A stretch of DNA of 64,000 nucleotides, taken from a phage. The notes under the pieces are model-generated. The model made no database searches. It was not told where the DNA came from and saw only the letters and a list, made by a program, of their open reading frames with translations. The stretch lies in the NCBI GenBank assembly GCA_024682255.1, contig GCA_024682255.1_4716.1, one strand, 5' to 3'. Each line of letters starts with the position of its first letter. The first letter of the stretch is position 1. The position numbers and the translations under genes are program-made. Below are positions 39,730 through 47,795 of the stretch, piece after piece.

Positions 39730-40173
39730 TTAACACTGTGTTCCATTCGATAAGCGGGTGGTATCAAAACGATCCAGTTGGTGTACAATGCTATCAGCAA
39801 CACGATGCAAATAGTGTATTTTGTCCATTCGTGAAATCGCAGAAATCGTCCAGCAAGCCTCTGACGTCCAATAGGTGCCGTCTTCACTAAGGCTAACGTT
39901 ATAAACTAACTTCGTCATCACATTTCTCGCCTTATGCTCAGCAGACCAGAATATGTTTTCTAACACATCCTTCCCCGTTTGTGAAAACACGAACCCAAGC
40001 TTCACGTCGAAGTCGGATGCTTCAAGATTAACGCAGTGAAGATGATTCTCTAACGGCGCAAAAGAGGCTAAACGTTCCAGCGTATGTTGCAGTGTGGGAT
40101 GATCGAGCTTTTCGAGATCATCCACAGGTCGTTCAGGTACAATCGCGATCGATTTACAGAATTTAATTTCCAT
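39730..40173 (-). CDS. hypothetical protein (paralog of 39289..39714)
   Basis: Track ORF, 147 aa. Confidence 0.5.
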   Translation of the reverse strand: MEIKFCKSIAIVPERPVDDLEKLDHPTLQHTLERLASFAPLENHLHCVNLEASDFDVKLGFVFSQTGKDVLENIFWSAEHKARNVMTKLVYNVSLSEDGTYWTSEACWTISAISRMDKIHYLHRVADSIVHQLDRFDTTRLSNGTQC

Positions 40174-40209
40174 GGTAGGTTCCTCTTGATAGTGGTTGAT
40201 GATAGTAAC

Positions 40210-40272
40210 GGGGACGGCGATGTCCCCTTGGTTTCTTATTGCCCCGCCCGAACCCGATGGGGTACAGGCGGG
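40210..40272 (-). terminator. pair of GC-rich hairpins (GGGGAC..GTCCCC; CCCGCC..GGCGGG)
   Basis: Inverted repeats read directly, between 40286..40693 stop and 39730..40173 start. Confidence 0.4.
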
Positions 40273-40285
40273 TGATGTTGATGCG

Positions 40286-40693
40286 TTATAGCGGCATCAG
40301 ACGTTCTTTAAGTTGGGTTAACTTATTCGCAACGATGGTCTCAACATCGATCATCTTGTTCATGTTGTCGAGGGTATCCTGCCAGATGAAAATATCCACG
40401 GAACCGGTTCCGACTAACGCGTTCTCAGGACGATGGTCGCGGGTCACGTAGCGTGGTCTCTGCGGGCAGGTTTGTAACTCGATCCAAAGCGCATCTAACG
40501 GACCGTGGTCCGTGACACCTAAGGCGAAGAATTCACCTCTTACGACCAGAACATCATCAGCCGTCCTGACACGGGTTGATCCTTCGTACACCAATTCCAT
40601 CTTTGCTCGGCAGGCCGGGTTCCCGTTCCACGCCTGGACGGCATCGGCAAGGGCTATTGACGTTGCGGTGGTGTTCGTTTGATCATGTTGCAT
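40286..40693 (-). CDS. hypothetical protein
   Basis: Track ORF, 135 aa. Confidence 0.5.
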   Translation of the reverse strand: MQHDQTNTTATSIALADAVQAWNGNPACRAKMELVYEGSTRVRTADDVLVVRGEFFALGVTDHGPLDALWIELQTCPQRPRYVTRDHRPENALVGTGSVDIFIWQDTLDNMNKMIDVETIVANKLTQLKERLMPL

Positions 40694-40771
40694 TCTAAGC
40701 TCCTCAATCGTTCTACAACGAACTTTTAATGGAAGGGAATATGTTTCCCTTCTTTGGATTCGTTTATTGCG

Positions 40772-41047
40772 TTATACGGCTTTTCTGTGCGCGTAGAACG
40801 CCTTCGTTCCGTTGTTGATTGCTTCAACCACATCCCGGGTTAACACAACGGCGTTATCGCTTCGAGACGACGGTGCGTAATACCCTTCACCGTTCTCGGT
40901 AATCAGGCGATAACGGACTAAGCCTATGCTCGGTTCAACACGTAGCACCTTTTCAAGTTTGTATTTGATGATCTTCGTCAGGCTGACTGTGTCTGACGCG
41001 TAGATTGCTTTATAAACCTTGTTCTTTGTTGTCGGTTTCATCAACAT
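40772..41047 (-). CDS. hypothetical protein
   Basis: Track ORF, 91 aa. Confidence 0.45.
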   Translation of the reverse strand: MLMKPTTKNKVYKAIYASDTVSLTKIIKYKLEKVLRVEPSIGLVRYRLITENGEGYYAPSSRSDNAVVLTRDVVEAINNGTKAFYAHRKAV

Positions 41048-41087
41048 GATTTCTGTTGTATTTTCCTTTTCGCTTGTTGGTGTTGGA

Positions 41088-41441
41088 TTAAGGTTTAGGT
41101 TCCGTTTTGTGTTGTGCGAGTAGTATGTTGATCTGCTCCCGTTGTTCTTTTAAGCATGCGGGAAGCTGGTCTTCCCGTACCGTTCCGATTTCCAACGTGA
41201 TGTACCAGCGTTGTTCGGAAGCCTGCCATTGAAAACTGCTCTGTAAACGAAGGATGCTAGGATCACGTACCTTGTTTGCGCTGTAGCGGTTGAACCAAAC
41301 CAGGTAAGCGGCTTTTCCTTCCTCGTCGGCAACGTAACGCTGCACGCTGTTCTTGCCTTTGTTCTCGTATCCTGTTGTACGTATCATGCGAACGTTTCTC
41401 CTGCAGCGTGTTGCGGATGGCGTAGCATGGTAGCATCCCAT
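41088..41441 (-). CDS. hypothetical protein
   Basis: Track ORF, 117 aa; N-terminus overlaps upstream gene, start uncertain. Confidence 0.4.
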   Translation of the reverse strand: MGCYHATPSATRCRRNVRMIRTTGYENKGKNSVQRYVADEEGKAAYLVWFNRYSANKVRDPSILRLQSSFQWQASEQRWYITLEIGTVREDQLPACLKEQREQINILLAQHKTEPKP

Positions 41442-42166
41442 TGTACGAACCGGCTCCGGCTTACCCGCATCATGATGGATTCATCGTCAAGCCCTGGTTG
41501 CACAACCGGTAACCAACGTTCGTTAAGCACCTTCGCTTCAACGCGTTTCTTGCGTGGGTTGTAACGCACCCCGCTAACCCAAGCGAATCCAAGTGGATGC
41601 ACAACCCGTGGATAATACATGCGAAGCAATTGATGCATCCGATCCGTTGCCTCCAAGCTCGCATCCGCCATGTAAGGTTTCACCATGGTAAGCTTTTTGG
41701 TATAATACGTACCAACGGTATGGTTACGCCAACTTGGCAAGGCATGATCCCCTTCTCTCAGTTTGCTATCCGGGTTCATCGGCCAGACCTGCTGTTTACC
41801 GGCCAGCATCGCGTACTGCCGATCAACGCAACGAACCTGATCGGCGAACAATGGATCCAGGATATCATCCACCGCACCCTTATTGCGATAACCGTGATGT
41901 ACCACCAACCTGCTTGCGCTCATCCGTTGCGGATGCTGGCTCTTATGCGCATACAGTCCTCCGTCACCGCGAGCGTCGTAAAGATAACCGCATGCGCCAC
42001 GCCATATCACCTTGCCTACGGTTCTCTCGTCTTCAAGCAGCATCGTCGGTCCATCAAGCAAATTGGTGAACCATTGCACCTTCACGCATTCCGCTTGAAC
42101 GCACTCAGGTAATGCCTGATACTCTTTTTGGGTGTATAAGGTATCAAAAATGATTTCATCGTTCAT
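41384..42166 (-). CDS. hypothetical protein
   Basis: Track ORF, 260 aa; ATG with GAGGAA SD. Confidence 0.6.
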   Translation of the reverse strand: MNDEIIFDTLYTQKEYQALPECVQAECVKVQWFTNLLDGPTMLLEDERTVGKVIWRGACGYLYDARGDGGLYAHKSQHPQRMSASRLVVHHGYRNKGAVDDILDPLFADQVRCVDRQYAMLAGKQQVWPMNPDSKLREGDHALPSWRNHTVGTYYTKKLTMVKPYMADASLEATDRMHQLLRMYYPRVVHPLGFAWVSGVRYNPRKKRVEAKVLNERWLPVVQPGLDDESIMMRVSRSRFVQWDATMLRHPQHAAGETFA

Positions 42167-43047
42167 CTAAAAAGTTCCTCTGTTTCACGTTAATTAAACA
42201 ACGTATTGATTTCTGGTAACGATAACAATCCTAGTGATGTTATCAAAAAGGTAACGCTTACGCGTCGCGTTCATGATGCCATGCATCATGAAGGTAATAT
42301 AGCCGTGAAAGGATTTGTGTTACAGAAAGGGTTTTGTTGTTTTTAAGAAGAGATGGATTTAGAAGAGGTGTTGCAAGCAAGGAAGGTAAACGAGGATAGG
42401 TATTTTGATTTAAGTAAGTAAGATGTTATCTGTATTCGTTAAAAATGTATTGTCTAAGTTATCTTGTTTATCTTAGGTTATGTCTTATTGTTTAATCGTT
42501 TAATATTTTTATCTAAGTAGGTTTAACTCTATCTTGTTTGTATATTTAAATTAATTTAAAGTAGATCAATAAGCTTATCTTCAAAACAATGGATAACATG
42601 TGTTTACTACCTTAACGGTAACACATGTCATCTGTGCATTCACTCCGTTATCACTTCGTTACATGCTTATCAACGTTTTGTCTTCACAAAACGTTCAACT
42701 CAAAAAACCATTTGTGATACTCTTCTTCACGTTGTTCATCAGAGTATCTCGTCTATACTCATTGCATTCGTATACGACATAACCGTTATACGCTAACGCT
42801 ACGCTTATAGCTTGATAACTCTAAGGATAAAAACATAAACTCGCTTCGCTCGTTTAGTTTTTCTTTTTCTTAGAGTTATCCTGTTGCTCGTCTCTAAAGG
42901 ACTTCGCTCCTCCCCCGTCCCCCGAAGGGGCCGAGGTCGTGGAAATTTTACTTTCCAAATACATTTACAACATCTGTAAACTTTTACTCCAGGTACTTAA
43001 TCTTATCATTAGAAATTATAAAAGAGAAGAATAAACACAAACATAAA
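42167..43047. other. AT-rich gene-free region (~0.9 kb) with TTATCTT-type repeats
   Basis: No ORF with SD. Repeated TTATCTT/TTATCTA units (~42459-42540); promoter-like motif copy 3 at ~42248-42310; hairpin AACGTTTTG-tcttca-CAAAACGTT (~42672-42695); CCCC-UUCG-GGGG hairpin on minus strand (~42915-42930). Confidence 0.5.
42248..42310. promoter_or_regulatory. promoter-like motif copy 3: AAGGTAACGCTTACG ... CATCATGAAGGTAATATAGCCGTGAAA
   Basis: Same bipartite motif as copy 1; ~127 nt from the ATG of 41384..42166 (-). Confidence 0.45.
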
Positions 43048-43082
43048 CCTTCCTCCAACCCAACAGGGAAGGAGGAAGGGGG
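43048..43082 (-). terminator. GGAGG-family hairpin (CCTTCCTCC-AA-CCC-AACA-GGG-AA-GGAGGAAGG) downstream of 43094..43993
   Basis: Near-identical to the copy at ~55009, including the AACATAA flank; followed on the minus strand by T-rich sequence. Confidence 0.6.
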
Positions 43083-43093
43083 ATTAATTAAAA

Positions 43094-43993
43094 TTATACG
43101 GGAGCGTTAACGTTATAACCGAATACTGCTTTACCGTAGGTGTGAGTACCGTCAGCTAACGACAGCACCAGCACATTGCCGTACGTAGCGTTAACGCCCT
43201 TGTCGGTAGACTCGAGGGTATCACCGTTATAGACAAAGGTAGCTGTTTGCAGATTGGCTTTCAGTTCATTGATGATCTCATCACTTACACCGGTCTGCTC
43301 TTTGATCAGGGTGGTCAGGTTACCTGCCAGGCTTTCATCGATCTTGGTTTCGTTACTGGTAATCGCCTGTAAACCTACGCCGTAGATGCTGAAGTCTAAC
43401 GGATAGGTTAACAGACGCGCTGACGTTTTGGTACCATCGCCTTCATCAACGTAGGTTAAGTTACCCAGGTTGGTAACCTTGATGATGTTAGCCAGATCCA
43501 GCGTGGTGTTATAAACTTTAACTTGAACCGAGCCATACCACGCCAACGAATCTTCTTTGGCTTCCAGGGTGATCGTCTGGATACCATGCTGGTCGAAGGT
43601 AACCGGCGTAGCTAACGTTTCGGCTTTGATGTCTTTCGCTTTATCCAGGAACTTCTCACCGGAAGGCGTGATCATACCGTAGCGTTGAGCTACAAGGTCA
43701 ACCACGTCACCAATAGTGGTGTTCGCATTAACGTTAACACGTACAGCGATTTTCTGGAACCACTTAGCCAGATCCAGACGATGGTAGGTAACATCGCGTT
43801 CATTGAAGTAAGGGGTACCTTCACCTGGGCTAAGCGTTAAAGTTGCTTCTGGAGCAGAAGGATTCTTTTCTTTAAGAACGTATTTAAGGTCGGTGTATTT
43901 GAAGCTGGCACCAGTGTCGGCGTTGAGTTTGTTAATCTCATCAACGATAAGTTGCCAAGGTGTTTTTAAAGTAAGCGATACTTGAGCTGTCAT
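43094..43993 (-). CDS. paralog-family protein (YxRLDL ... LAWYGSV motif family), function unknown
   Basis: Track ORF, 299 aa; shares TYHRLDLAKWF and LAWYGSVQV motifs with 44135..44677, 55050..55955, 56872..57723 and 57734..58681. Confidence 0.6.
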   Translation of the reverse strand: MTAQVSLTLKTPWQLIVDEINKLNADTGASFKYTDLKYVLKEKNPSAPEATLTLSPGEGTPYFNERDVTYHRLDLAKWFQKIAVRVNVNANTTIGDVVDLVAQRYGMITPSGEKFLDKAKDIKAETLATPVTFDQHGIQTITLEAKEDSLAWYGSVQVKVYNTTLDLANIIKVTNLGNLTYVDEGDGTKTSARLLTYPLDFSIYGVGLQAITSNETKIDESLAGNLTTLIKEQTGVSDEIINELKANLQTATFVYNGDTLESTDKGVNATYGNVLVLSLADGTHTYGKAVFGYNVNAPV

Positions 43994-44134
43994 TTTCTAC
44001 CTCTATGGTTGTTACATCACTCTCAAAAGATGTAAGTGTTTACAGAAATTAATATATTTTATATTAGTGTGAATAGTATGGAGAACGACTCCGAATCTCC
44101 TTTTCGACCATCAAAAATCAGAGGACACATAATC

Positions 44135-44677
44135 ATGGACTTAAACTTTAACAAAGCAGCGAAATCCCTTCTGCTTGATCTTATCAACACCAAAGCAACC
44201 CGCACACTGTCTGAAGAAGAACTGCAGTTCGGTACTCCGGCGACATCTTCCGAACATGGAAAGAACACCGTTATTCAGCTGGACGCTGCGCCTGAAGCAG
44301 CTAACCTGCAGGGTAGTCAGCAGTTCTACTACGATCGTCTGGCTCTGTCCGAAGTTTTCGCTGAAGTAACCGGCGATGTTACTTTCGAACTGCCGCACGG
44401 CACTGACAGCATTAAGGCTTCTGAACTGGTAAGCAAGCTGGTCACCAAATTCGGCCTGGCTTCCCTGACCGGTGAAATCAAAGAAGAAACCTTCCAGCTG
44501 TCTGCAGGTACTGTTGGTCGGGTAACCCTGACTGCGATCGAGGGTGGCCTGGTATATACCGGCACTCTGCAGGTTGCACTGACCTACGCAGCTGCACCGA
44601 AAGACCAACTGGCAACCGTTCTGGCGAATAACGTAGCTGATGGCTTCGTGAAACCGACCGTTAGCGCTGTTGGCTAA
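44135..44677 (+). CDS. paralog-family protein, function unknown
   Basis: Track ORF 44036..44677 (GTG); ATG 44135 with GAGGA SD preferred; motifs FYYDRLALSEVF and LVYTGTLQV. Confidence 0.55.
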   Translation: MDLNFNKAAKSLLLDLINTKATRTLSEEELQFGTPATSSEHGKNTVIQLDAAPEAANLQGSQQFYYDRLALSEVFAEVTGDVTFELPHGTDSIKASELVSKLVTKFGLASLTGEIKEETFQLSAGTVGRVTLTAIEGGLVYTGTLQVALTYAAAPKDQLATVLANNVADGFVKPTVSAVG

Positions 44678-44682
44678 TAAGC

Positions 44683-44733
44683 GTGTAGAGCAATAGTATG
44701 GGTTTTGTACAGCTCGGCTATTGCTCTTCTACA
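44683..44733 (+). terminator. long hairpin GTGTAGAGCAATAG ... CTATTGCTCTTCTACA
   Basis: ~13-bp inverted repeat starting 6 nt after stop of 44135..44677. Confidence 0.5.
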
Positions 44734-44876
44734 ATTTGGTTGTAACAATCTGCGTGGTTGCACGCTTATCTTTCTCATTGAGCGCTTCGTATGAAGCGTG
44801 GTGTTGAAAGGGTTGTGGATCTCCTCAAGCGGCCAGGGACCCAGACCAACCCGAATAAACACGAACACCTGTTAAG

Positions 44877-44908
44877 CCCCTCCTCATCCGTTATTGGGTG
44901 GGGAGGGG
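44877..44908. terminator. degenerate GGAGG-family hairpin CCCCTCCTCATCCG-TTAT-TGGGTGGGGAGGGG
   Basis: Imperfect inverted repeat in the 44678-44971 intergenic region. Confidence 0.4.
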
Positions 44909-44971
44909 TCTTATACGTCTTTATACGTTCCGTTCGTTCTGGAGCGTTTTAGGACGGTTTACGGCGGGGTT

Positions 44972-45607
44972 TTACTCAACACTGAACCCGTTCAAACGAA
45001 TAGCTTCATAACGCTTACGTTCACGACGTTTACGTGCCTGCCAACCGTAAATGAACTTCTCGTCTTTCTCACGACGTTCAGCTAATTCGATGTAGTAAGT
45101 GCTCTGCATATCCAGCATCGCGTCGATGAGATAATCTTTACCGGTTTCTCCGCGTTTAGCGATGTAAGCATCAATAGCTGCCAGTGATTTGGGACCCATT
45201 GCACCATCAGCGTCAATATCTTTCCAGTAAGTTTGACGGTTGTTCATGACGTTGAGATAACGCTGGAGGTTCTTAACCGCAACGGTTTTGCCTGCGTTGA
45301 TACCCAGGTCAAAGAGACGGTCAGCTAAAAACACAGAACGTTTCATGACTTCGTCAAGCTTCATCTTATCCCAGAAGTGGGTCTTGTAAATAAAGAACGC
45401 CATGTCGTAAGTAAGGTCACGCATGTTACCGTTCCAGCCGAATTTCGTTTTCAGCGTGGTTTTGTACTGATCGGCGAGTGCTTTCGTGATCCCCATCATG
45501 GTTTCATTTCCACTATCGTCAGGATCGTTAACATATCCTGCTTCGATACTGGTTTTGTCACGAATGATGAATTCGCAGGTAAAATCTTTTTCAGTAATCT
45601 TAGCCAT
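44972..45607 (-). CDS. GH108-family muramidase-like protein (candidate endolysin or virion-associated lysin)
   Basis: Track ORF, 211 aa; N-terminal EAGYVNDPDDSGNETMMGIT matches the GH108 signature EGGYxxDPxDxGGxTxxGIT; ATG with GAGGAG SD. Confidence 0.65.
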   Translation of the reverse strand: MAKITEKDFTCEFIIRDKTSIEAGYVNDPDDSGNETMMGITKALADQYKTTLKTKFGWNGNMRDLTYDMAFFIYKTHFWDKMKLDEVMKRSVFLADRLFDLGINAGKTVAVKNLQRYLNVMNNRQTYWKDIDADGAMGPKSLAAIDAYIAKRGETGKDYLIDAMLDMQSTYYIELAERREKDEKFIYGWQARKRRERKRYEAIRLNGFSVE

Positions 45608-45649
45608 TAGAACTCCTCGTTGGAATAACGATTTAGAGGAACAGGAAGG

Positions 45650-45727
45650 GTCTAGAACGCGATAAACGATTTAAACCAGGTAAACCCCAGGTTAAACTTT
45701 TCGAAGCGTTACAACGCGTTCTAGAAC
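45650..45727. promoter_or_regulatory. 11-bp inverted repeat TCTAGAACGCG ... CGCGTTCTAGA (54-nt spacer), 3' arm within 12-bp palindrome CGTTCTAGAACG
   Basis: Read directly; between the tail-fibre stop (45734) and the GH108 gene start (45607). Confidence 0.35.
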
Positions 45728-45733
45728 GTTGAA

Positions 45734-47782
45734 TTACATACCCTTGGTTCCTTTCACGTGATGTGCAATTTCTTCAACCATTGCACGCAGAGCACGAAGC
45801 TGTTGATCATGTTCGTACCAACCGCCTAACAGAACCCCACTATACACCATGGTGTCAAGACTTAACAGCCCTTTATCTGATACGTTGATCATTTCAGGGA
45901 ACTGTTCTTGAACACGCTGTGCAATAACACCGATCTTCTCGACATCAGGATCGTAGTTGTGACGGAAACGGGCAAGCCCGCTGCGCGCCATTTCACGTAA
46001 ACGTTCACTGAGAGATTCCGGATGGTCTTTCAGATAACGGATGTCGTGTTTACTACGCTCATCTGAACGGATGTATGCGTTAGGAACATCGATGTTGCTG
46101 TTGAAGTACAGCGCACTACCACCACCTGCAGAGTTCCCCCAATAGAAGCGTGTGATCTCACCGCCACCATTTTCCGTGATGATAACATGTTTACCTAAAC
46201 GTGTACCACCATTACCATCAACGAAGACCAGTTTGTTTCCGCTGTAAGAACCCCAGAACAAACGCGTATCGATGATGTGCGTTGCGGCGAGGCGGGCGTT
46301 ACGTGGTGTAGAATACACGGTGTTAACATCTTGCTGCGCATGCGCATCGGAAGCGATACCATAGTTCTGTACGTTACCCAACCCAACCTGCGCTTTCGTA
46401 ACAGCGTGAGGGTTGTCTCGACGGTTAGCGTGAGCGTTAACCAGATCACCCGCTAATTTCTGAATTGCCCAGTTGGTAGACTGTGGCGTCATGTAACGGT
46501 TAGTTGCAGAACCACCTTGCGCTTCAGCTTGGTTAGCGGTTGGGTAGTTCTCAACACTTCCTAACCCTACTTGTGCTTTAGACACTTGGTGCGGGTTATT
46601 CTTGTCGGCTTTATGCGCATTAAGCGGAACTAACGCAAAGGTCTCAATGGACGCTTTGGTTGTGTTCGGTGCCATTAATCGGTTAGCTGCAACACCGGCA
46701 CGCGCTTCTTCTTCAGAAGCCATCGGATAGTCTTGCACATTACCTAATCCCACCTGCGCCTTGGTCACTCTGTGTGGGTTGTTATAATCGGCTTTGTGCG
46801 CATTAAGTGGAATCAATGCGAATTGTTCAATCGCGGCAACGGTACGTAGCGGTGTCATGAAACGGTTGTTCGCTGTTCCGGCTTTCGCCTCATCATCCGA
46901 AGCGGTCGGGAAGTTATCAACGTTCCCAAGGTTAACCTGTGCTTTGGTGACGCTGTGTGGGTTATCCCGGCGGTTAGCGTGAGCATCGACTAGATCGCCC
47001 GCCAGTTTAGCAATTGCCCATCCAACCGTTTGTGCGGTCATGTATCGGTCAGGTGCGGTACCGGCTTCTGCCTCCGCCTTGTTTGCAGTAGGATAGTTCT
47101 GTACGTTACCTAGTCCGACTTGGGCTTTTGTTACTTCGTGCGGGTTATCGGTACGGTTAGCGTGTGCGTAATGCAGATCGGTCAGATCTTTATCCGCTGC
47201 TTGCATGTCTTTGCGTAGCTGATCGATTGCCGCCCAGAGACGGTTATCGGATGCAGCATCACCGATAAGTATTGCGGCTTTCAGTGAATAGATCGCTAAG
47301 CAAAGATGTTCGGTACCGTAAATAGCACTAACGTGGTGGATGTGTGGTTCAGGCGGATAAAGTTCCGGTTTGTTCTTGATGTCGTCCCAGTTGATCGGAC
47401 GATCGTCAAGTTTGAGTTCTTCGATAGCCTGATACAACGCGTCAATAAGACTTACGTAAACACCACCGATGATACGATAGTCGTTAACTAATGTCCCCTC
47501 GATATCATCGTTGATGATGGCGATGGCTGCACAGATTTCTTTACCTGCGTAAAGCGTCGCATCCTGATACAAGAAAATGGGTTTATAATCCACGCCTCGT
47601 ACCAGTGTCTTACCGGTAAGCTTTTCAGTGATGACCAGACTTTCGGTGAAGAACGGTCCGCCATCAAGGGCGTAACATTTATTCTCGGTTCGTGGAACGG
47701 TATGCTCTTCACCAACGATGTGGTTGCTGGCGAGTGTACCGGTCCAGTCCTCGGGGTACTTCAGGGTAATTGGTGTCGACAT
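45734..47782 (-). CDS. tail fibre protein with five NPHxVTKAQVGLGNV repeats and a C-terminal S74-type intramolecular chaperone domain
   Basis: Track ORF, 682 aa; five ~45-aa repeats of the Phage_fiber_2 type; C-terminus RSDERSKHDIRYL ... IGVIAQRVQEQFPEMI matches the endosialidase-chaperone autocleavage region (SDxRLK ... GFIAQEVEEVLPE). Confidence 0.8.
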   Translation of the reverse strand: MSTPITLKYPEDWTGTLASNHIVGEEHTVPRTENKCYALDGGPFFTESLVITEKLTGKTLVRGVDYKPIFLYQDATLYAGKEICAAIAIINDDIEGTLVNDYRIIGGVYVSLIDALYQAIEELKLDDRPINWDDIKNKPELYPPEPHIHHVSAIYGTEHLCLAIYSLKAAILIGDAASDNRLWAAIDQLRKDMQAADKDLTDLHYAHANRTDNPHEVTKAQVGLGNVQNYPTANKAEAEAGTAPDRYMTAQTVGWAIAKLAGDLVDAHANRRDNPHSVTKAQVNLGNVDNFPTASDDEAKAGTANNRFMTPLRTVAAIEQFALIPLNAHKADYNNPHRVTKAQVGLGNVQDYPMASEEEARAGVAANRLMAPNTTKASIETFALVPLNAHKADKNNPHQVSKAQVGLGSVENYPTANQAEAQGGSATNRYMTPQSTNWAIQKLAGDLVNAHANRRDNPHAVTKAQVGLGNVQNYGIASDAHAQQDVNTVYSTPRNARLAATHIIDTRLFWGSYSGNKLVFVDGNGGTRLGKHVIITENGGGEITRFYWGNSAGGGSALYFNSNIDVPNAYIRSDERSKHDIRYLKDHPESLSERLREMARSGLARFRHNYDPDVEKIGVIAQRVQEQFPEMINVSDKGLLSLDTMVYSGVLLGGWYEHDQQLRALRAMVEEIAHHVKGTKGM
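45737..46115 (-). other. S74-like intramolecular chaperone (autoproteolytic) domain of tail fibre
   Basis: C-terminal ~125 aa beginning at the SDERSK motif. Confidence 0.6.
46330..47200 (-). repeat. in-frame tandem coding repeats (~135 nt unit) encoding NPHxVTKAQVGLGNV modules
   Basis: Recurring DNA segments (e.g. ..gttacccaacccaacctgcgcttt.. on the plus strand) and five protein repeats. Confidence 0.7.
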
Positions 47783-47795
47783 AACCTGGAGGTCC

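Noticed and set aside
42600-42782. Track ORF 42600..42782 (+) as a gene
   Set aside because: GTG start without SD, inside the AT-rich gap; composition-driven ORF.
42167-43093. tRNA genes or a CRISPR array in the long non-coding gap
   Set aside because: No GTTCRANNC T-loop with matching acceptor stem on either strand; repeats are short, AT-rich and irregular, with no spacer/repeat periodicity.
44674-44868. Track ORF 44674..44868 (-) as a gene
   Set aside because: It lies in a hairpin-rich intergenic region with no SD; likely spurious.
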